This document shows positions 57,418 through 64,000 of a stretch of DNA of 64,000 nt, in pieces. The notes beneath the pieces are model-generated. The model saw only the letters and a list, made by a program, of their open reading frames with translations, ran no database searches and had not been told where the DNA came from. The translations under genes were made by a program, and so were the position numbers. Each line of letters opens with the position of its first letter. Positions within the stretch are counted from its first letter, which is position 1. The stretch comes from a virus, in IMG/VR virus record IMGVR_UViG_3300045974_000760, positions 1-64,000 of that record; one strand, 5' to 3'.

Positions 57418-58081
57418 GACCTTCTTCGATTGCCTGCGCAAGCTCGCTGCCGCTACCGTCCCCACGGCAGCTGAAGCGCGTGATGCATTGAAGCGCATCA
57501 ACGACCTCGAGGCGACCAAGCCCACTGCAGAGCAGATGCTGCGGTACGGCACGCTGGGCGGTGCTAGCGGCCTCGGTATCGGCGCTGTCACCGATATGAT
57601 GCGCGGCAAGATTCCCTACAAGCCCACCGACGCAGCAGGTGGCCTCCTCAAGGGGCGCGCCGCACTCGTGCACGTGGGCCGCAACGTGGCAGCTGACTTT
57701 GCCAAGGGCGCGCTCGGTGGCGGTGCGGTTCCTCTTCTTCGTCACCACGTGGACCGTGATGTCGAGATGCAGCGCCTCCGTGCCTACGTCGAGTCCCGCC
57801 CCAAGAAGGCGGTTGTCGCGCCCCCGCCTGAAGCACCTCCTCCACCCGTTCCTCAGATGCAACCCAACCTGATGGGCGGGTTGTCAACGGGAGCAGAGGC
57901 TTCTCCATCTCTCGGCGGGATGAAGGTGGCCGGTGTCCCTCTCACACCCGCTGGCCGACTTGCTCACTCATCCCGTATGGGCAAGACGCCGAGCTCTACG
58001 AACTCGGGACCCTCCATCGCAGACCAGGTCAAACCCATCGGGTTTGGGCGACCACTTCCGGGCGCAACAAAAGGTACCTGA
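57410..58081 (+). CDS. Glycine-zipper K-x-A protein
   Basis: FFDCLRKLAA, MKVAG; GTLGGASGLGIG, GALGGGAV. Confidence 0.6.
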   Translation: MAETFFDCLRKLAAATVPTAAEARDALKRINDLEATKPTAEQMLRYGTLGGASGLGIGAVTDMMRGKIPYKPTDAAGGLLKGRAALVHVGRNVAADFAKGALGGGAVPLLRHHVDRDVEMQRLRAYVESRPKKAVVAPPPEAPPPPVPQMQPNLMGGLSTGAEASPSLGGMKVAGVPLTPAGRLAHSSRMGKTPSSTNSGPSIADQVKPIGFGRPLPGATKGT

Positions 58082-58097
58082 AATAAGCCCGCGTTGT

Positions 58098-58114
58098 CGG
58101 GATAAGGATGCTGA
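58098..58114 (+). promoter_or_regulatory. Conserved motif CGGGATAAG-GATG-CTGA, outside the island
   Basis: Ninth copy, 2 nt before ATG 58117. Confidence 0.6.
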
Positions 58115-58116
58115 CC

Positions 58117-59121
58117 ATGCACGACCTCAAAGCGTATAGCGCGCGAATGCGCAAAGTGGCCCAAGCCATGGAAACCCCGACACCGGACTTCGCCCGAGTG
58201 CCACTCTACAAGGACCCCGCGGGTTACTCCCCGCCGGGTGATGGAGACCGCGGGCACAACGAGGGCGCCATCTGGCAAGCCTCGCTCGAAGGACGTGACC
58301 AACAGCTGCGCGCGCTCTTCTCGAATCTCGAGCGGGCAGCGCAAGCAGACCAAGCGCTCTTCGACTTGCTGTTCTCGACGAAGAACCGAAACTCTCGTGC
58401 GGCCACTCTTCGAAAGGTTGCGGCGCATTACGGCGTCAAGACAGCCGACCTGACGGACGCCGACTTGGTGTCTCACATGACGGCGGTCCAGGGCGAGAAA
58501 CCTTTCGTTCACCCCAACATGCTGCGCGCAGGCCTCGAGCGGGAGGCGGCCTCGCACAACATGCCGATCGAGCAGTACATTCAAGCACAGCACCGAGGGC
58601 AGCTTCCCGGGCAGCAGCGTGCCGCAAGCATGCACACGCTCATCACGGACCCAACGGCGCCCATCGCCTCAACGGCCGCGCTCGACGGGCATGCGCCAAT
58701 GCCTCGCCCCGCAACGCTCGGTAAGCCGGTACCGCCCCCGCTCCCAAGTCGACCAGCACCTCCTCCACCCCCCATGTCGCTCTCAAGCAATGCCGGTGGC
58801 GGTACGGCGAAGGTCAACGTAGTGCCCGGTGGCGGCGCACCACTTCCACAGGCATCGATGCCTGCTGGCGTACCTGCGTTCAACGCGCCTGGGCCTGTTC
58901 CAGTCCCGGGGTCCGCCACGGCACGTGGTATGGCCGCTCCGGCAGGTCTCGCGAAGAAGGTGGCGCCTCTCTCGCTCCCAGCCTCGATGGTGGAATCCCG
59001 CGCAGCACGTGCCGCGGCTTCTGCGCCCGGTGCCCTGGCCAGCAAGATTCAACGTATGGCGGGCAAGGTCATTCACGCCTCGCACTACAACACTCTCGCG
59101 GAGCAGTTGGCCGCTCTCTGA
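58117..59121 (+). CDS. Pro/Ala-rich K-x-A protein
   Basis: RKVAQ, RKVAA, VKTAD. Confidence 0.55.
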   Translation: MHDLKAYSARMRKVAQAMETPTPDFARVPLYKDPAGYSPPGDGDRGHNEGAIWQASLEGRDQQLRALFSNLERAAQADQALFDLLFSTKNRNSRAATLRKVAAHYGVKTADLTDADLVSHMTAVQGEKPFVHPNMLRAGLEREAASHNMPIEQYIQAQHRGQLPGQQRAASMHTLITDPTAPIASTAALDGHAPMPRPATLGKPVPPPLPSRPAPPPPPMSLSSNAGGGTAKVNVVPGGGAPLPQASMPAGVPAFNAPGPVPVPGSATARGMAAPAGLAKKVAPLSLPASMVESRAARAAASAPGALASKIQRMAGKVIHASHYNTLAEQLAAL

Positions 59122-59133
59122 AAGGAAGCAATC

Positions 59134-61020
59134 ATGACGAAGGAGGAGCTGAAGTTTGGAGCTCCGCCAGCCAAAGCCGGGGCTCAATCCCCGGCTTTGA
59201 CGTATATGGCGGACAAGGCCTCACGCGCTAGCCCGAGCGCACGTACCGAACGTGAGCTGCAGATGTGGCACACGTGGAATGACAGCGGGCGAAAGCCCGA
59301 ACACCTCGAGCCCCTGCTCAAAGCCTACGAGCCCATCTTCTCTCAGAAGGTGCGGCAGTGGTCGGCTGGTGCAGCGGGCGTGAATCCCATGTTCATGCGC
59401 GCGCAGGTCGAGAAGCACTTCATCGACGCCGTGGGGAAGTTCGACCCCAGCCGTGGCTATGCGCTTGCGACTCACGTCGACAAGCCGATGAACAAGGCAC
59501 AGAGGGCGCGCAACACGGTGCAAAACGCGGCCTACGTCTCCGAGGAGACAGCCCGCACTATCGCGCCCATCCAGAACGCCACCGCCGAGCTGCACGCAGA
59601 GCTCGGCCGAATGCCTACCCCGCAAGAGATTGCTACCAGGTCGGGGCTTGGTCTTCGCGTCATCAAGCGACATCAGCTCGAGATTCGCAAAGACGTCGCT
59701 GCCTCGGCGTACGAGAACGACCCCACCGAGAACCCGATGAATCGGGCTCACGATATCGCTCCCCTACTTCGGGAGCAGTTCCAGCAGCCCGGCTTCCAGC
59801 CTCACGTACTACACGTGTTTGACCACACGTTCGGGCTGAATGGAGCTCCGACAGACCTGAGCGGCGGGCAGCTCGCCAAGAAGCTCGGCGTCTCACCCTC
59901 GGCCATCTCTCAAGCGAAGAGCCTCATTCTCGCTGAGACAAAGAAGTACCTGTTATACCCACCCGCAGTACATCGAGGCCCGTCACTCATAGCGAGAGGC
60001 GGGCCTCTCTCATTTCCAAAGGCACAACAAGACATGGCTCACGAACTCGCAATCGACTCCCTCGGCGCGCAAATGTTGTACGCAGGTGAAACGCCTTGGC
60101 ATGGACTGGGCACGAAGATCGAGAAGCACGTCACCAGTCGCGAAGCGTTGGCAATCTGCCGCGCGGACTACGCAGTGAAGTGCGGGCAGCTCTTCACCTC
60201 GAAGTCGGTGCCCGTCAACGCACAGTACATCTACAGGGAGGACGCAGAGGGGGTGCAGACCATCCTGGGGCACCACGTTGGGATGGACTACACGCCGCTG
60301 CAGAACGTGGATGCATTCACGTGGTTTGACCCGTTCCTGGAGAGCGGGATGGCCGCTATCGAAGCGGCGGGCGTACTGCGTGATGGCGCACGTGTGTGGG
60401 TACTGGCTCGCATCGAAGGTGACCCGCTTGAGATCTTGCCGGGGGATGTGGTGGTGAAGCGCTTGCTGCTGAGCAACGACCACAGCGGCATGCAGGCGGC
60501 TCGAGTGGGGCTGACCCCGATTCGCACCATTTGTGCAAACACGCTTGCGATGGCGTACGCGGACAAGAGGTCCCAGCTCTTGCGTGTCAAGCACACGCGT
60601 AACATCAAGGACGCACTCGCGGTGGTGCGGGAGACCATTGACGTGGTGAACAACGAGTTCAAGGCCACGGCGGAGCAGTACCGCCGTCTCACCACGATGG
60701 GTGTGGTGGAGAAGGACATCGAGAAGTACGTGAAGCTGGTGTTCGCTCCCGGCACCGCGCCCGATGCACCGGATGAGCAGCTGGTGGGCAGCTCAGCGGG
60801 CAAGCGTGTGTGGGAGCAGATCAAGCCGCTGCTCGAGGTGGGGCGAGGTGCCTCCATCCCCGGAGTACGCGGTACGATGTGGTCTGCATTCAACGCAGTG
60901 GTTGAGTACGTTGACCACAGCCGTGGACGTAGCCGTGAGTCGCGCCTGGAGTCGCAGTGGTTCAAGGATGGCGCGGCCCTGACCTCCCGCGCGCTCAAGT
61001 TGGCGCTGCAGGCTGCCTGA
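59134..61020 (+). CDS. Sigma70-family (FliA/WhiG-like) phage sigma factor, in frame with a downstream DUF932 domain
   Basis: AAGGA RBS; region 2 FIDAVGKFDPSRGYALATHV; region 3 ELHAELGRMPTPQEIA; region 4 HTH LAKKLGVSPSAISQ; no stop before DUF932. Confidence 0.75.
   Translation: MTKEELKFGAPPAKAGAQSPALTYMADKASRASPSARTERELQMWHTWNDSGRKPEHLEPLLKAYEPIFSQKVRQWSAGAAGVNPMFMRAQVEKHFIDAVGKFDPSRGYALATHVDKPMNKAQRARNTVQNAAYVSEETARTIAPIQNATAELHAELGRMPTPQEIATRSGLGLRVIKRHQLEIRKDVAASAYENDPTENPMNRAHDIAPLLREQFQQPGFQPHVLHVFDHTFGLNGAPTDLSGGQLAKKLGVSPSAISQAKSLILAETKKYLLYPPAVHRGPSLIARGGPLSFPKAQQDMAHELAIDSLGAQMLYAGETPWHGLGTKIEKHVTSREALAICRADYAVKCGQLFTSKSVPVNAQYIYREDAEGVQTILGHHVGMDYTPLQNVDAFTWFDPFLESGMAAIEAAGVLRDGARVWVLARIEGDPLEILPGDVVVKRLLLSNDHSGMQAARVGLTPIRTICANTLAMAYADKRSQLLRVKHTRNIKDALAVVRETIDVVNNEFKATAEQYRRLTTMGVVEKDIEKYVKLVFAPGTAPDAPDEQLVGSSAGKRVWEQIKPLLEVGRGASIPGVRGTMWSAFNAVVEYVDHSRGRSRESRLESQWFKDGAALTSRALKLALQAA
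60034..61020 (+). CDS. DUF932 (phage/plasmid LGT) family protein, probably with its own start
   Basis: MAHE...YAGETPWHGLG; YTPLQNVDAF; GVLRDGARVWVLA; LLLSNDHSG; TPIRTICANTL; GTMWSAFNAVVEYVDH. Confidence 0.85.
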   Translation: MAHELAIDSLGAQMLYAGETPWHGLGTKIEKHVTSREALAICRADYAVKCGQLFTSKSVPVNAQYIYREDAEGVQTILGHHVGMDYTPLQNVDAFTWFDPFLESGMAAIEAAGVLRDGARVWVLARIEGDPLEILPGDVVVKRLLLSNDHSGMQAARVGLTPIRTICANTLAMAYADKRSQLLRVKHTRNIKDALAVVRETIDVVNNEFKATAEQYRRLTTMGVVEKDIEKYVKLVFAPGTAPDAPDEQLVGSSAGKRVWEQIKPLLEVGRGASIPGVRGTMWSAFNAVVEYVDHSRGRSRESRLESQWFKDGAALTSRALKLALQAA

Positions 61021-61618
61021 TGGCTAGCTGCGCGAGATAGCCCTCACACATCTCGCGCAGCACCTCCTCGCCGAAGCGATTCAGGGCGAGGTTCACCACG
61101 ACGCATACCAGTCGTGTGTTGTCTGGCGTGTACCCGCCTCCAGGGATGATTTGGTCGAGAGAGGGCGAGTACGGTTGGTGAAAGCGCTGGCCCGATTCAT
61201 TCACCTCGAAACGCAGTATGATGCCGGTCAGGGCGCAGCAACCAAGTTGCTCGTCGTACCTAGCGAGCAACCACTCCATATCAATAGTGAAGGGCAGCCC
61301 TTTGGCGGTGGCTCGGTCTCGCGCCGCAGTCAAGATAGCGCGTAGGCGCGAGTACGCCTCCTCGGACTGTGCGCGACGGCGGCGCAAATACTCCGTGCGG
61401 TACTTCTGGTACCTCGCGGCGTTCTCCGTTGGGTCGTACCTCTCTTTGCCCTTGTCTTTGTAGTAGTCCGGGTGCTTCTCGCGATAGCGCCCCGAGTAGC
61501 CCTTCATACATTCCTTACAGGTGCCTTGGATACCGTGCTTATTGCTGCTGTCCTTGTAGAACGCCGAGAAATCTTTGGTGATTTGGCACTTGGAGCATTT
61601 GCGCGTTGTAGTCGTCAC
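60995..61618 (-). CDS. HNH/His-Me-finger-like endonuclease with N-terminal Zn ribbon (free-standing homing endonuclease-like)
   Basis: CSKC...CKEC; EQLGCCALTG...SPSLDQIIPGGGYTPDNTRLVCVVVN; TGCTACCCT 6 nt before the GTG. Confidence 0.65.
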   Translation of the reverse strand: MTTTTRKCSKCQITKDFSAFYKDSSNKHGIQGTCKECMKGYSGRYREKHPDYYKDKGKERYDPTENAARYQKYRTEYLRRRRAQSEEAYSRLRAILTAARDRATAKGLPFTIDMEWLLARYDEQLGCCALTGIILRFEVNESGQRFHQPYSPSLDQIIPGGGYTPDNTRLVCVVVNLALNRFGEEVLREMCEGYLAQLAIRQPAAPT

Positions 61619-61704
61619 GTAGATAGGGTAGCAGGGCGTTGCGGTATGCACCAACACATGCGCAGTGCTCGCGTACGAGCGAGGAGGCAGGCACACTTCG
61701 AGGC

Positions 61705-61929
61705 ATGGCTGACGCTACTGCACGCAACCAACGCCTCGACTCCTTGAAAGAAAGTACTACCGCCTGGGCTGCACAAGAACGGGCAATCCGACAGAACACC
61801 GTTCTTCGCTGCAAGGCAATCCTCAAAGGTAGAACTGGAAGTGAGCGGCTGGCCTCCTCTCTGTCGGAGGCTACAGCCGCTGCTACCCAGGAAGAAATCG
61901 ACGCCTTCCTATCAATCGGTGGGGAGTAG
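61705..61929 (+). CDS. Small hypothetical protein
   Basis: GAGG then ATG; followed by TTTTCTTAGCCCC at 61934-61946. Confidence 0.5.
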   Translation: MADATARNQRLDSLKESTTAWAAQERAIRQNTVLRCKAILKGRTGSERLASSLSEATAAATQEEIDAFLSIGGE

Positions 61930-61965
61930 TTGCTTTTCTTAGCCCCTCGAAGGATATCTACGGCC

Positions 61966-62226
61966 ATGTTCCCGAACATCCAGTCCCCCCTGCAGAACAT
62001 CGAGCTTGATGAGCTCGACAAACTCCGCTCCGAGAACATTCATCTGCGGCTCACCTCCATCACTCTCCGCAAGCAGCAGCTGATGGCAGAGCTGGGGCGG
62101 CTCGGGCAGGAGGAGCTGACCGTGCACAAGGAGCTCTCCGACTTCATCGGGACCGTGCAACGCAAGTACAACGTGACGGATGAAGCGCTTGCCGACGCCC
62201 TTCAGAAGATGGGGCAGAACCAGTGA
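61966..62226 (+). CDS. Small coiled-coil protein
   Basis: AAGGA RBS; heptad pattern. Confidence 0.55.
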   Translation: MFPNIQSPLQNIELDELDKLRSENIHLRLTSITLRKQQLMAELGRLGQEELTVHKELSDFIGTVQRKYNVTDEALADALQKMGQNQ

Positions 62227-63422
62227 ATACCTCTGGCCTTCTGAGCACCTACTCACGTCAGTCCGCAGTCCTCACCATCGATGTACCGCTGAGTGATTGG
62301 CAGACCGCAGAAGGGGTGCTTCTGTTTCACGCGCTCGAGGTATGGCGCTCGCGGGTTGGGGAGTGGGGGCCGTACGAAGAGGTGACTGCGCCGGGGTACA
62401 CGGCGGCCTCCTTCCCAGCAGCTGATGGTCTTGCCCCGGACGTTACGACTGGGCCTTCCATCTTGCTGCACGGCAAGTACCTCGAGCTCGAGGTGGACGA
62501 GACCCTCATCATCCGGACCGACTTCTCAGGGGCTGACCCCTACAACTACGCGACGGCGGCAACGGCCATCAACGCGCAGAGCAGGGGACGGTACCTCGCG
62601 TACGTGGCTCGCGGCATCCTCCATATCAACGGTGTCTCGGCAGGCTCGGCCGCATCGTTGAGGGTGGTGGGTGGAGAGGCTGCTCCGCTGCTGGGCCTGT
62701 CTCTTCTTAGCCCCGAGAATGCGGCGTACGGGCGGGAGCCGTGGACTGCTCTCACGACGGGCATCTCGCGCTACACGTTCGTGGACCGCAACAGTGAGGC
62801 GGGCTTCTACTACAAGACGCGCCTTCGCAACATCTTGACGGGTGCTGTGTCGGCGTTCGCGCCTGCCTTCATGCCCAAGGCGCCCTCGGGCTTGTCCGCC
62901 GACAACCGTGTGGTGGGGTACGTGCGGCTCGCGAGCTCGACGGGTGGGCCTGACGTCTCGCGACGTCTCGCGGTCCGAGTGGAGTTCCACCCCACGCTCA
63001 TCGAGGGCCACAACATCGCAGGCGGGGACATCGAGCTCTGCACAGATGGGACGGGCTACGCCGAGACGCTGCTGGTTCCAGGCACGCAGATTCAAGTTGC
63101 ACTGGGAGGGACCGAGCTCGTGAGGAGCCTGGTTGTACCTTCCACATCTTTCAACCTTCTCGACCCTGCGTACGGAACCGATGATGTCTTCCGAGTCCAG
63201 TCTAATCCGGAACGATACGCCTCCCCCCGGAGCCGATTACCTGTGGATCTTGTGGACCACAACGGCGGGTATGCACACGTTCCACCACAAGTACAAAGTG
63301 GCGTACGTGCAGGGCAAACGCCTTCTGGACTACCTGCGCCCCTTGCGTGTGGAGAACTGGCAGCGCCGCAGGCCAGTGCGCGCCAATCGACAGCCGCTAC
63401 GCTTCGGGCAGCCAGTACCTGA
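62223..63422 (+). CDS. Putative virion structural protein with a sheath-type insertion domain
   Basis: GKYLELEVD...TAINAQ...LHINGVSAGSAASLRVVGGEAAPLLGL; YTFVD...FYYKTR. Confidence 0.55.
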   Translation: MNTSGLLSTYSRQSAVLTIDVPLSDWQTAEGVLLFHALEVWRSRVGEWGPYEEVTAPGYTAASFPAADGLAPDVTTGPSILLHGKYLELEVDETLIIRTDFSGADPYNYATAATAINAQSRGRYLAYVARGILHINGVSAGSAASLRVVGGEAAPLLGLSLLSPENAAYGREPWTALTTGISRYTFVDRNSEAGFYYKTRLRNILTGAVSAFAPAFMPKAPSGLSADNRVVGYVRLASSTGGPDVSRRLAVRVEFHPTLIEGHNIAGGDIELCTDGTGYAETLLVPGTQIQVALGGTELVRSLVVPSTSFNLLDPAYGTDDVFRVQSNPERYASPRSRLPVDLVDHNGGYAHVPPQVQSGVRAGQTPSGLPAPLACGELAAPQASARQSTAATLRAAST

Positions 63423-63450
63423 GAAGAACCTGACCATCTACCTCCTCTGA
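63181..63450 (+). CDS. Small protein overlapping the end of the previous gene (start uncertain)
   Basis: Protein-like reading YLWILW...GKRLLDYLRPL...LTIYLL. Confidence 0.4.
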   Translation: MMSSESSLIRNDTPPPGADYLWILWTTTAGMHTFHHKYKVAYVQGKRLLDYLRPLRVENWQRRRPVRANRQPLRFGQPVPEKNLTIYLL

Positions 63451-63457
63451 GTCGCCC

Positions 63458-64000
63458 ATGACCTTCCAAAGCGTCACGCTCTACATCCTCGACAAGCAGC
63501 TCGGTACTCCTATCCCCGGGGTGGTTGTGCGCGTATTCAATCCAGAAGGCACCACGTACATCCAGCAGCAGACGTCTGATGCCGACGGCAAGATTGCGTT
63601 GCTGCTCCCGGACGACACGAAGTACCAGTTGCGGATGTACAAGTTCCAGGTCTCGTTCGAGAACCCGGTCTACCTCACCACGCCAGCGTGCGACGAGACC
63701 AACCTCGACGCAGCCTTCGAGGTGTACGGCACTCCCTTTCGGGCACCGCAATCTACGGACCCGGACATGTGCCGAGTCAGCGGCTTCTTCCGTACGCCGA
63801 CGGGAGCTCGAGCGGCGAACGTCAACATCAGCTTCATCACGCAGTTCAAGCCGATGCTGTTGGGGAGTGCGGCGGTGCTGACAGAGAGGGTGGAGTGTCG
63901 GACCAACAAGGACGGGTACGTCGAGCTCGACCTGATGCGGTGTGCCTGCTTCGATGTGGGCGTCGAAGGTATCGAAGGCGTGTTCCGCACCATCCAGGTG
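63458..64000 (+). CDS. Partial gene with carboxypeptidase-regulatory-like beta-sandwich, likely structural; runs off the window
   Basis: MTFQSVTLYILDKQLGTPIPGVVVRVF...TSDADGKIALLLP, read by hand; open to the window end. Confidence 0.6.
   Translation, partial: MTFQSVTLYILDKQLGTPIPGVVVRVFNPEGTTYIQQQTSDADGKIALLLPDDTKYQLRMYKFQVSFENPVYLTTPACDETNLDAAFEVYGTPFRAPQSTDPDMCRVSGFFRTPTGARAANVNISFITQFKPMLLGSAAVLTERVECRTNKDGYVELDLMRCACFDVGVEGIEGVFRTIQV

Noticed and set aside
63181-63450. Ubiquitin-like/ThiS sulfur carrier call for the small overlapping ORF
   Set aside because: Only a vague beta-grasp impression; no C-terminal GG and no E1-like partner
1-64000. Frequent CTCGAG and apparent GATT-for-GATC substitution (restriction-site bias)
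   Set aside because: CTCGAG follows from Leu-Glu codon preference; GATC, CGATCG and GGATCC all occur; needs k-mer statistics I cannot run
1-64000. tRNA/rRNA genes, diversity-generating retroelement, or stop-codon reassignment
   Set aside because: No cloverleaf, reverse transcriptase or template/variable repeat seen; genes are intact in code 11 and end in TAA, TAG and TGA

Overview
A 64-kb, GC-rich segment of a large tailed dsDNA phage with a contractile tail (myovirus type). I do not recognise it as a named family. The host may be Myxococcota, but that is only a weak inference from GC content, codon style and a lipoprotein signal. Layout: (1) 1-21 kb: packaging and head. It holds an intein-split large terminase, an intein-split putative prohead protease, scaffold-like proteins, the major capsid protein and neck genes, interleaved with Ala/Gly-rich proteins. 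(2) 21-29 kb: a very large tail sheath, tail tube and minor structural genes. (3) 29-41 kb: small non-structural genes, including a papain/CHAP-like hydrolase, a histone-H1-like protein, a -1 frameshifted tail-chaperone-like pair, GroES, an RHH regulator and Zn-ribbon proteins. (4) 41-47 kb: a divergent island of short gene units. Most start with a conserved CGG(G)NATAAG-N4-YTGA motif and end with hairpin+TTTTCTTAGCCCC, and phased A-tracts mark the divergence point. (5) 47-59 kb: tape measure, baseplate and further Ala/Gly-rich proteins. (6) 59-64 kb: a sigma-like ORF read through into DUF932, an HNH-like nuclease and structural genes. The two strongest candidates for undescribed systems are (a) about 14 head-associated proteins sharing a recurrent K-x-A motif, probably the prohead-protease cleavage tag, many with glycine-zipper membrane segments and one with a ferritin-like domain; and (b) the promoter/terminator cassette grammar of the 41-47 kb island, whose start and end motifs are near-inverted repeats of each other. 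All calls come from motif reading only; no database searches were run.
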